DNA from: Chiloscyllium plagiosum
Taxonomy: Eukaryota
Assembly: GCF_004010195.1 (NCBI RefSeq)
Contig: NC_057756.1
Location: 5,515,216 to 5,549,074, forward strand
Direction: 5' to 3'
DNA: 33,859 bases
Below, piece after piece: positions 22,195-32,679 of the stretch. A program made the translations under genes and the position numbers. Position 1 is the first letter of the stretch. The number at the start of each line of letters is the position of its first letter. The notes beneath the pieces were generated by a model, which saw nothing but the letters and a program-made list of their open reading frames with translations, ran no database searches and was not told the origin of the DNA.

Positions 22195-22325
22195 CTACTG
22201 AAGAGTCATCGAAAAATAAAACATTACCTTGCTCTCTCTCCACAGATACTGCCTGACCAGCCGTGGGCTCCCACAAGTTTTGTTTTCAGTACAGATTCCA
22301 GCAACTGCAGTAACTTGCTCCTCCT
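22195..22325 (+). mobile_element. Degenerate family A-related element (related to ~9770-9842, minus)
   Basis: GAAGAGTCAT...TTGCTCTCTCTCCACAGATACTGCCTGACC...GATTCCAGCAACTGCAG. Confidence 0.55.
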
Positions 22326-24222
22326 TCAAATCCAGTTGCTGCCGAATGATATTGTCTGTTTTCCAGAGGGGTTAATGAAGGGACAAACAGAGGTTACAAA
22401 ACAGGCCCATTATATAAAGTTGGATTGAAGCCTGACTTAATAGATAGTGAGGTGGTATCTTTGGGTGGTTCACTATTAGCCTCACTAAGGCTGGTGGAAC
22501 ACCCAGTGCAATTCAGAGTAACTGGGGTGCTACAGGAGATGCCAAACACCTGTGCTGCTTCCTGACTGTGTTGTGACTAGATCTCAAGCCCATAGATGTA
22601 GCCAGCAGGAAAAGGAATCAATGAAAGATGGAAACGACTTGGAAATCCAGTCATTAGATAAAATTTACCAAAAATAAAATTCAAACTTAAGAAAATGAGG
22701 TTTACCTGTTTCGCTTAGCTTCTCCAATAGAAACACAATCAATGGACTCTGAATAGAAATCATAGCACTAAGCAGCCCACACGGTGATTGAATCAGAATC
22801 AATATCCAAGTGCTATACACAAAAGATAAAGTCTTAAAGGAAAAACAGAGACCACCTCAGATACGAGCCAATGAAGAACGGGGAGCAGTTTATCGGGTGG
22901 TGGTTCTATCTGAGCATTATAATTAAATCTCACGAGGGGCAGTTGAATTTCCAACGTCAGCTTATTTAATTATTAAGAGGTCATGGGCTAAAACATTGAA
23001 ATGTGTATTGCTCATGGTGACATAACGAAGTGGTCAAACAATGTCAGATATGCCAAGCATGTCAGGTAGTGAGGAAAACCAAATCCTCAATTAATCTTGT
23101 GCCTTCAATTCCAATACTAAATTTTAAAGAACTGCTTAGCAGAAGGATTGTGCATTAGGCATCAGCGCTTAATTGTGAAAATGGGAACAGGGAGTTAGTT
23201 CAATTTTATTCAAGACCGAAATTATGTGAAGAAATACAATCAGATCAAGGTTACAGTTTCACGTCACAGATATTCAAGGAAATAATTGTTGGTTCAGGAA
23301 TATAACAATTTACAGCCATTTATCATTCGCAATCTCAAGGAGAATTTGGAAAAGGGCATCAAACTTTAGAAACAGAAACACAGAAAATAGGCACAGGAGT
23401 AGGCCATTCGGCCCTTCAAGCCTGTAGCACCATTTAATATGATCGTGGCTGATTATGTAATCTCAGTATCCGCTTCTCGCTTTCTCCCCATTCCCCTTGA
23501 TCCCTTTATCTGCAAGGGCCACATCCAGCTCCCTCTTGAATATATCCAATGAATATCCCTACAGTTTCTTGTGGGAGAGAATTCCACAGATTCCCAACTC
23601 TCTGAGTGAAGAAATTCTTCCTCATCTCAGTGCTGAATGGCTTACCCTTAAGTCATAGAATGTGACCCATAGTTCTGGACTTCCCCGACATCAGGAACAT
23701 TCTTCCCGCATCTACCCTGTCCAGTCTCATCAGGATTTTATGTTTCTATGAGATTCCCCCTCATTCTACTAAATTCCAGTGAGTACAAGCCCAGTTGATC
23801 CAGTCTTTCTTCATATGTCAGTCCTGCCATCCCGGGAATCAGGCAGGTCAACCATCACTGGACTCCCTCAATAGCAAGAATGCCCTTCCTCAGACTCAGA
23901 GACCAAAACTGCAGACAATACTCCAGGTGTGGCCTCACCAAGGCCCTGTACAACTGCAACAAGACATCCTTAGTTCGATACTCCAATCCTCTCACTATAA
24001 AGGCCAGCATGTCATTAGCTTTCCTCACTGCCTGCTGCACTGTATACTAACTTTCAGCGAATGTTCCACCATGACACCGAGGTCTTGTTACACCTCACCT
24101 TTTCCTAAACTGCCACCATTCAGACAATAATCTGCCTTCCTGTTTTAGTGGCCAAAGTGGATAACCTCACATTTATCCATAATATTGTTGTGGTTCTGTT
24201 CGCCGAGCTGGGAATTTGTGTT

Positions 24223-24262
24223 GCAGACGTTTCGTCCCCTGTCTAGGTGACATCCTCAGTGC
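24223..24262 (-). ncRNA. Minimal type I hammerhead ribozyme motif
   Basis: GCA-CUGAGGA-U-GUC a CCU agac AGG g GAC-GAAACGUC-UGC. Confidence 0.8.
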
Positions 24263-24475
24263 TTGGGAGCCTCCTGTGAAGCGCTTCTGTGATCTTTCCT
24301 CCGGCATTTATAGTGGTTTGTCTCTGCCGCTTCCGGTTGTCAGTTCCAGCTGTCCGCTGCAGTGGTCGGTATATTGGGTCCAGGTCGATGTGTTTGTTGA
24401 TAGACCTGGACCCAATATACCAGCTACTGCAGAAAGCAGCAGCAGCAGCAGAAGCGCTTCACAGGAGGCTCCCAA

Positions 24476-24515
24476 GCACTGAGGATGTCACCCAGACAGG
24501 GGACGAAACGTCTGC
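24476..24515 (+). ncRNA. Minimal type I hammerhead ribozyme motif
   Basis: GCA-CUGAGGA-U-GUC acccagacaggg GAC-GAAACGUC-UGC; predicted cleavage after C24512 (GUC). Confidence 0.8.
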
Positions 24516-24864
24516 AACACAAATTCCCAGCTCGGCGAACAGAACCACAATAACGAGCACACGAGCTACAAATCTTCTCACAAACTTTGAATATCCACAT
24601 TATATTGCATTTGCCAAAGTATTTGAACACTCATCCAGTCTGTCCAAGTCACCCTGCAGCCTCTTAGTATCATTTGAAGACCATGATGAGAGCTAATTGC
24701 CAAGAAAATCCAAATGTTTGGAAAAAAAGGAATATCCCTCGTTACTATTTTGCATTAGGGATACTCCGAATGAGTCCAGATGCTTCCATCCTTCTCAGTT
24801 GATGAGCAGGTGAGCAGACAACTTAATCAATAAAAGAAAAGTTCAGAAACCAAAGCTCAAAGAT

Positions 24865-25390
24865 TATGCTTCCTAAGGAGCAGAGGTAGACCATTCAGCC
24901 CCTCAAGCCTGCTTTCCCATTCATTAAGATCGTGACTGATCTTTTCATGGACTCAGCTCCACTCATCTGCCTTCTCACTATAACCCTTAGTTCCTTTCAG
25001 CTTATGTTTCAGATGCTGAGGGGCAACTTTATAGTGGTTTATAAAATCATGAGGGGCATGGACAGAGTGAGTGTTCAAGGTCTTTTCCTCAGGGTGGGGG
25101 AGTCCAAAACTAGAGGGCATAGGTTTAAGGTGAAAGACTTAAAAGAGACCTAAGGAGCAACTTTTTCACCCAGAGGGTGGTGTGTGTATGGAATGAGCTG
25201 CCAGAGGAAGTGGTAGATTCTGGTACAATTGCAACATTTAAAAGGCATCTGGATGGAGACATGAATAGGAAGGGTTTGGAGGGATATGGGCTGGGTGCTG
25301 GAAAATGGGACTAAATTAATTTAGAGTATCTGGTTGGCATGGATGAGTTGGACTGAAGGTTCTGTTTCCATGCTTACAGCTTTATAACTA
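24865..25390. mobile_element. Two CR1 3' fragments (-, ~24865-25005; +, ~25015-25390)
   Basis: GTAGACCATTCAGCCCCTCAAGCCTGC tail (-); LRGNFIVVYKIMRGMDRV..LFLRVGESKTRGHRFKV (+). Confidence 0.85.
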
Positions 25391-25429
25391 ACACTAGTGA
25401 ATCATGGAAGGAATATTCACCACTTTATA

Positions 25430-25712
25430 GACTTAGAATCTCAGAATTCTTACTGTGTGAAAGCAGACTATTTGGCTCATCAAGTCCACAGTCACGTGCT
25501 GAAGAGCATCCCATCCAGATCCATCCCTTTACCCCACCCCGTGGCTAATCCACCTGACCAGCACGTCTCTGGACTGTGGAGGGAAATCGGAGCATCTGGG
25601 TGGGGTCCCACGTAGATAATGTCCAAATTCCACACAGCTAGTCACCCAAGGGTGGAACTGAACCTGGGTCCTTAGCAATTTGAGGCAATAGTACTAACCA
25701 CTGAACCATCAA
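25430..25712 (-). mobile_element. HE1-type SINE, diverged
   Basis: Minus strand TGGTTCAGTGGTTAG A box and CCAGGTTCAGTTCC B box; aligns with 7592-8299. Confidence 0.8.
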
Positions 25713-25910
25713 GGTGTCCTTACTTATTGCTATATTTGTTATTTGATACTCTCCCTCTCCCATCAAATTTTATCTTACTCTGTTTCTCTCGATCATTGCC
25801 TCTCTAACACTTAGGTAGATGTTCTATAGGTTGCACTATGCTCCGTCTGCTGGCTTGTTCACATACAAAAGATCTTTGACTTAATCCAATTCCATGTCAT
25901 AAATTGTAGC

Positions 25911-26410
25911 NNNNNNNNNNNNNNNNNNNNNNNNNNNNNNNNNNNNNNNNNNNNNNNNNNNNNNNNNNNNNNNNNNNNNNNNNNNNNNNNNNNNNNNNNN
26001 NNNNNNNNNNNNNNNNNNNNNNNNNNNNNNNNNNNNNNNNNNNNNNNNNNNNNNNNNNNNNNNNNNNNNNNNNNNNNNNNNNNNNNNNNNNNNNNNNNNN
26101 NNNNNNNNNNNNNNNNNNNNNNNNNNNNNNNNNNNNNNNNNNNNNNNNNNNNNNNNNNNNNNNNNNNNNNNNNNNNNNNNNNNNNNNNNNNNNNNNNNNN
26201 NNNNNNNNNNNNNNNNNNNNNNNNNNNNNNNNNNNNNNNNNNNNNNNNNNNNNNNNNNNNNNNNNNNNNNNNNNNNNNNNNNNNNNNNNNNNNNNNNNNN
26301 NNNNNNNNNNNNNNNNNNNNNNNNNNNNNNNNNNNNNNNNNNNNNNNNNNNNNNNNNNNNNNNNNNNNNNNNNNNNNNNNNNNNNNNNNNNNNNNNNNNN
26401 NNNNNNNNNN
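25911..26410. other. Assembly gap (500 N)
   Basis: Run of N. Confidence 1.
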
Positions 26411-26589
26411 TATATAGATCAATAACTGTAATAATCTCCGTCAACAAGATCCCTGTTTATATAGATCAATAACTGTAATAATCTCCATCAGCAGGATCTC
26501 CTGTTTATATAGATCAATAACTGTAATAATCTCCATCAGCAGGATCCCTGTTTATTTAGATCAATAACTGGACTATTCTTCTTCCCTAT

Positions 26590-26705
26590 GTTAAAAATCA
26601 CGCAACATCATGTTATCGTCCAACGGGTTTATTTGTTGGACTATAACCTGGCATTGTGTGATTTTTATTTTGTTCATGCTAGTCCAACACTGATACTTCC
26701 ACATC
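26590..26705. mobile_element. Family B Penelope-like end fragment in inverted-repeat form
   Basis: AAAATCACGCAACATCATGTTATCGTCCAAC opposite GTTGGACTATAACCTGGCATTGTGTGATTTT. Confidence 0.7.
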
Positions 26706-27079
26706 TTCTTCAGAAAGATCTCCAGTTGATTTGATCAATAAATGCAATAATCTCAATCAGCAGGATATCCCACCTCCATACATCAATAACTGAATTAAAG
26801 ACCATTAATGGCACCCCCTCTCCCAAAGGAAAGTTCTCCATCAACAGGATCTCTTACTTCTCTGGATCAATAACTTTAATAATTTCCACCAGCATGTCCT
26901 TGTTTTACTATTGATCAATAAATGGCTTAATCTCAATTCGTAGGATATCCTGTCACAATAGATCCAGGCCCCCTCTTTCAATGGATCACTAAGTGGAATA
27001 CTGGCTGTCAGCAGAGTTTCCATTTCTTATAAGTCTTTAATTGGATTGACCTTCATCAAAGGGACCTTGAGGTCTTATA

Positions 27080-27376
27080 GATCATAGAATTGCTATCGTG
27101 TGGGAACAGGCTATCTGGCCCAACAAGTCCACACTGACTCTCTGAAGAGCATCCAACCCAGACTCACCCCATCCCTGTAAGCCTGCATTTCCCATGGCTA
27201 ATCCACCCTGAACTGCACATCTTTGGATTACGGGGGAAAACTGGGCCCCCCCAGAGGAAACCCACGCAGACACGTGCAGAATGTGCAAACTCCACACAGA
27301 CAGTCACCCGAGGCTGGAATTGAACTCATGTCACTGACACTATGAGGCAGCAGAGCTAACCATTTTGCCACACCAG
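27080..27376 (-). mobile_element. HE1-type SINE
   Basis: GAATGTGCAAACTCCACACAGACAGTCACCCGAGGCTGGAATTGAAC; ATCATAGAAT tail. Confidence 0.85.
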
Positions 27377-29571
27377 AACTGGACCAACTTCCATCAGAGC
27401 AATCACCAACTCCTACCGTTCATTTTCTGGGAAATTAGTAGGACCCTCAGATGTAATATATCAATAACAGGATTAATCACAATGGGCTGAATCTCCTGAT
27501 CCTTTCAATCAATAGTGGCATAATGTCCTCAGCAGAATCTCTATTACCTATAGGTCAATAACTGAAATAATAATCATCTTCAGGATCTCCCATTCCAAAT
27601 GTCAATAACGGGAATATTGTCCATCAGCAAGAACCCTGCTCCTACATATAAATAAATACAATATAAACTAGCAGGATCTCTACTTCCTATTGATAATAAA
27701 GTGGAATGATCTCCATCAACTGGATTGCTTGTTCCTAGAGATCAATAATTGCAAAGAATATCCACTAGCTAGATACTGTATCCTTTTACAATAGATCCAT
27801 ACATGGAATAATCCCATCAGCAGTACTGTATCTCCCAATCCTATTGATCAATAACTGGAATAATCTGCATTGACAGGACCTCATGCTCACATTAGTCAAT
27901 GTATGAAATGATCTCCTTCAGCAGAGTCTTAGAGATGAAAAATGGGCTCAACTTTCATCAACCAGATCTCTTGTTCCTTTCAATCAATAACAGAATAATC
28001 TCCATCAGCAGGATCTCCTGATCCTAAAAGTCAAGAACATGAGTAATCTCCATTAACAGGCTCTGCTGTTCCTATGGACCAATGACTGGAATAATCTCAA
28101 TAAGCAGGAATTTATTTTCCTACAGATCAATAATTAGAATAAATGCCATTAGCACAATGTCTTGCTCTTATAGAGCAAATATCATAAGAGTTTCCATCAG
28201 CAGGATCTACAGATCTTCCATAGATCAATTTATGGTATAATCTGCTGATGTGGGATCTCTAGTTCCAAAGATAAATAACTGGAATAATGTGTATCAGCTA
28301 CAATTCCTGTTCTGATACATGAAGAACGTGAATAATCCCTGGTAAGATCTCTTGTTTCAATATCTCGATAACTGGATTAATCTGCACCGGCAGGATCTCA
28401 TGGTCAGATGATCATGAACTGGAAGAATCTGGACCAGCAGGATCTACTCATCATAGAGATCAATAATCGAAATAATCCCCACCAGCATTATCTCCTGATC
28501 CTATAGATCACCAACTGGAACAATCTGCATCAGCAGGATCTCCTGTTCATATAGATCCATAACTGGAATAATCTCCATCAATAGGATCGCTTGTTCCCAT
28601 TGATCAATAACTTCAATAATTTGATCAGCATGTTCTCCTTTTACTATTGATCAGTAACTGGAATTATCTTGATCTGGAGGATCTCCAGTTCTAATAGATG
28701 AAGGTCCCCAAAAATCTCAATCAACAGGGTTTCCTCTTTCAATACATCAATAAGTAAAATAATGCCCATCAGTAGGATCCTCAATTCTTATAGGTCCAGA
28801 ACTGGAATGATCTCCAACAAAAATACCTCCAGTTCTTCCAGATCAGGAACTGGAGCAATTTCCATCTCAGTGATCACCAATCCCTATAGCTCAATTTCTG
28901 GAATAATGTCCATTATCAGGAGCCCCAGTTGTAATAGACTGATGACAGGAACAATCACAACCAGCAGGATCTTCTGATCCTTCAGATCAATAGTGACATA
29001 ATGTCCTCAGTAGAGTCTCCATTTCCCATTGTCAATAACTGAAATAACATCCATCTTCAGGATCTCTTTTTCCAAAAGTCAATAACTAGAATGAACTTCA
29101 TCTTTGGGATCTCCTGTTACTTTTGATCAATAATTGGATCAATCTCAATCAATAAAGTTGAAGAATAATCTTGAAAAGGATGTCCTATTCCTATTGATCA
29201 ATAACTAAACTAATTTCCATCAGCAGGTTTACTATTCCTACAGACCAATAACAGGAATAATCTCTATCTGCAGGATCTCCTGCTCTTACTTATCAAAAAC
29301 AGCAACCACTAATTCCTACACATCAATATCTGGAATAATCTCTCCTGCACAATCCTTTTCTCATATGAAATAATAATTGGAATAATCTCCATCAGCAGGA
29401 TCTCCTTGTTCCTATCGATCAATAATTGGAATAATCTCTGTTGCAGTGTTCACTAATAACTAAAGATCAATTCCTGGAATAATCTCCATCAGCAGGAGCT
29501 CCAGTTCCATTAGATTGACAATTGGTATAATCTCCGCTGAGGAGGCACTGCCAGTTAACTATGAGATACTG

Positions 29572-29702
29572 TAGGAGAAAGTGAGGTCTGCAGATGCTGG
29601 AGATCAGAGCTGAAAATGTGTTGCTGGAAAAGCGCTGCAGGTCAGGCAGCATCCAGGGAACAGGAGAATCGACGTTTCGGGCATAAGCCCTTCTTCAGGA
29701 CT
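29572..29702 (-). mobile_element. Family A Penelope-like element with intact hammerhead (29667-29702) and 15-bp TSD
   Basis: AGUC-CUGAAGA-A-GGGC uuau GCCC-GAAACGUC-GAUU; TATGAGATACTGTAG at 29560-29574 and 29707-29721. Confidence 0.85.
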
Positions 29703-29719
29703 ACAGTATGAGATACTGT

Positions 29720-30410
29720 AGTCTATTTCCTCATTCCTTCGGCATTCAAGAAATTAACAGCTGACCTCTTTGTTTAATGGGGCTCATTTAAATCATTCCT
29801 GACAGCCCCTTGATTCCCTTCCTAACACCTCCAGCTTATCCTTATCCAATGATCTCCATGTCCAACGTTATCCGAGGTGGAGAGTTCCATAGTTGCACTA
29901 TCCTCTGACAAAATACATTTTAAAATAATCCCCACCTCTGTCCTTCATGGGAGGCTCTCAGTTTTAAAGCCAGGTCTCCTTGCTCTGGGCTGACTCAGAA
30001 TAGGAATGTTGGGATCTTAAACTCTCTGAATAGGTCACTTTTCGAAACTCGAGTGGAAAGAAACGCTGGTTTTTCCAGGTACCAGTCGAGTAAACCACCT
30101 GAGCCGCTTCCAACACTTTCACATCTTGCCTTAAATAAGGAGACTGAAACTTCACACAGTATTCGAGATGTGGTCTCACCAATGCCCTGTATAACTGAAC
30201 CATAATATCCTCACTCAAAACCTCGCAGAATAAAGGACAGTATCCCATTAGCTTTCTTCCTTACTTGCTGGACCTGCACACCAACCTTCTGGAATTCTGA
30301 AAACTACACACCAATAATGTTCTGCTCCACAGAATTCACAGTCACCGACCATTTGAGTAATATTTTCTCTTTTTTGCATTCATCATCCTAAAGTGAACAA
30401 CTTCACTGTG
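29720..30410 (-). mobile_element. Old CR1 3' region
   Basis: ORF 29964..30248(-) VQLYRALVRPHLEYCVKFQSPYLRQDV. Confidence 0.8.
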
Positions 30411-30504
30411 AAAGCTCTCAATATTTTCCCCTTGATATAAACCTCTATCTATTTCTTGGCTTCTCTCTTCTTCTCTAAGCTTCTTTTGCTATGTTTCCCT
30501 CCCT

Positions 30505-30670
30505 TAAAAATGTGTTGCTGGAAAAGCGCAGCAGGTCAGGCAGCACCAAAGGAACGACGTTTCGGGCATAAGCCTGATGCTGCCTGACCTGCTGAGCTTT
30601 TCCAGCGACACATTTTTCAGCTCTGATCTCCAGCATCTGCAGTCCTCATTTTCTCCTATGTTTTCCTCCC
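30505..30670. mobile_element. Family A element in inverted-repeat form, hammerhead truncated
   Basis: GCTGGAAAAGCGCAGCAGGTCAGGCAGCA opposite TGCTGCCTGACCTGCTGAGCTTTTCCAGC; CTATGTTT(T)CC near-duplication at the flanks. Confidence 0.75.
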
Positions 30671-30699
30671 TGTCAGCTTCTGTCTCTAACTCAAGCTGT

Positions 30700-31215
30700 T
30701 TTTCTCTCTGTATCTCCCTTCATTTTTAACTATCTCTGTCTATTTTGCACTCCCTCGCTATCGTTTTCTCTACCTCTAAGTCTATATTTCTCTCTACCTC
30801 TCTCTCTCTAGCATCAACACAATTGCTCTTAGTTTTCTCTCTCGGTCTCTATCTTTCACTCTGCCTGACCCCAACTGTGTCTATTCCTCCTTGTCTCTCT
30901 TTCTGTCCTTATTTCCCCCTCTTACTATCTGTCTTTATTTCTCACTCTCTGTTAGTCAATATTTATCCATCTCTCTCGATTTTGTCCTTTCCCTGTCTGC
31001 ATCGAGGTCTCTATTATCCAGTCCTTGCCTCCGTTTCCCTGTCTGTCTCAATTTCTTCCTGATGCTCTATTCCTTCACCCCACTCCACTTGCTCTCTTTG
31101 CACCTATCTCTATTTTTCCATCTCTCTCTAATTCCCCTCTCCGTCTGCCTCCATTCCTCACTCTCTGTCTCTCTGTATCTGGCTCAATTCCCTTAATTTT
31201 CTCTACTTTTCTGAC
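30700..31215. repeat. CT-rich low-complexity region
   Basis: Degenerate (CT)n/TCTG. Confidence 0.8.
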
Positions 31216-31625
31216 TCTCGCTGGCACCATACTCTGTTGACTGTGAATTCCTGCTGAATGTGCCCCTGCCGTTCAGTTCTGCCGCTGCCTACATTTTATT
31301 TTATCATAACCCCAATGTTTGACGCCTCAGCTGTATTGTTGCTATTTTAACAGTTGCGTTTCCGCCACGGACAAAGAAGTCTCGACAGTGAGCTGACAGA
31401 AAAGGAGGTTTTATTATTGTGCCCCGGGGATTTGAGGTGACAGCCTGAGGAAAGAGGGCAGTCACGGCCGCGGTGCTTCCTACTCACAACCTCATTGTTA
31501 CAAACTCTGGCCAGAGGAAAGGAAATGAGTGAAATCCTCCTCCAGCACAGATTAACAAAACAACTAACGACTGAAGTGATTCATTTCAGACACACATCAT
31601 GGTCAGAACCAGAGCTGCCTTCTGT

Positions 31626-31940
31626 CTCACTCACTCACTCACAACTCACTCGTTCACTCCCTCACTCACTACCTACTCACTCCCTCACTCGTTCCCTCAT
31701 TCACTCACACTCGCTCCCTCACACTCATTCACTCCCTCACTCCCTCCCTCATTCACTCACTCCCTCACTCATTCCCTCAAACTCACTCACTCACTATCTC
31801 GTTCACTCTCTCACACTCACTAACTCATGACCTCATACACTCCCTCATTCACACACACACTCATGCACTCTCATTCACGCACTCCCTCAGAGTCACTCAC
31901 TCACTACCTCATTCATTCACTCCCTCACACTCCCTCACCC
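31626..31940. repeat. (CACT)n/(CCCT)n microsatellite
   Basis: CTCACTCACTCACTC... Confidence 0.95.
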
Positions 31941-32116
31941 TGAGATTGGTAACATCAAGTGAACTCAGCACCAACAGGAACTAGCGAGGGGAAATGAAAA
32001 TGTCCCACTGATTTCAGTATCATCTGCACTGGCAGTGTACTAATCCTGGTCATAGTCACTCAGTAAAGAGAAACATTGGTCCCCAATTCAGTGCAAAATT
32101 CAGAGAGATGTTCCTG

Positions 32117-32679
32117 GCGAGGGAGTGCTACAATGTCGGAGGGTGAGTGCTGAGGGAGTGGGCACTGTCAGAGGGTCAGTGCTGAGGGAGTGGGCACTGT
32201 TAGAGGGTCAGTTCTGAGGGAGTGGGCACTGTCAGAGGGTCAGTGCTGAGGGAGTGGCAACTGTCGGAGGGTCAGTGCTGAGGGAGTGGGCACTGTCGGA
32301 GGGTCAGTGCTGAGGGAGTGCGCTTTGTCAGAGGGTCAGCGCTGAGGGAGTGGGCATTGTCGGAGGGTCAGCGCTGAGGGAGTGGGCACTGTCGGAGGGT
32401 CAATGCTGAGGGAGTGGGCACTGTCGGAGTGTCAGTGCTGAGGGAGTGGGCACTGTCGGAGGGTCAGTGCTGAGGGAGTGGGCACTGTCGGAGGGTGAGT
32501 GCTGAAGGAGTGGGCACTGTCGGAGTGTCAGTGCTGAGGGAGTGGGCACTGTTGGAGGGTCAGTGCTGAGGGAGTGGGCACTGTCGTAGGGTCAGTGCTG
32601 AGGGAGTGGGCACTGTCGTAGGGTCAGTGCTGAGGGAGTGGGCATGTCGGAGGGTCAGTGCTGAGGGAGTGGGCACTGT
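32117..32679. repeat. 32-bp minisatellite, about 17 copies
   Basis: Unit GTGCTGAGGGAGTGGGCACTGTCGGAGGGTCA. Confidence 0.95.

Larger units (their letters stand above)
20572..22195 (+). mobile_element. Ancient Gmr1-like gag-protease relic, interrupted by younger insertions
   Basis: KILRDAGPSQILML (~22135-22180) resembles ILRDTGSNQSLI; EYFISKGEI resembles KEFVSVGKV; NCWKLNGRP (~21870) resembles QCWWLKKGP; purine-rich coiled-coil-like start. Confidence 0.45.
24184..24591. mobile_element. Penelope-like element 3' end with inverted terminal repeat (family C), two hammerheads
   Basis: Left arm (-) encodes INKHIDLDPIYRPLQ, resembling a PLE ORF C-terminus; right arm (+) is a near-perfect inverted copy; degenerate TATCCA..ATATT duplication on both flanks. 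Confidence 0.85.
23367..24670 (-). mobile_element. CR1 3' region split by a Penelope insertion (24184-24591)
   Basis: ORF 23855..24040(-) LYRALVRPHLEYCLQFWS; tail at ~23367-23420; continuation at 24592-24670. Confidence 0.9.
26411..29545. repeat. Degenerate ~48-bp tandem array (~3.1 kb)
   Basis: Consensus ATAGATCAATAACTGGAATAATCTCCATCAGCAGGATCTCCTGTTCCT recurring throughout; interrupted at 26590-26705 and 27080-27376. Confidence 0.9.

Noticed and set aside
26411..29545. CRISPR-like periodicity
   Set aside because: Units are contiguous degenerate tandem repeats with no unique spacers, the context is vertebrate and there are no cas genes
30745..31830. Leu/Ser/His-rich ORFs
   Set aside because: Derived from CT-rich and (CACT)n simple repeats
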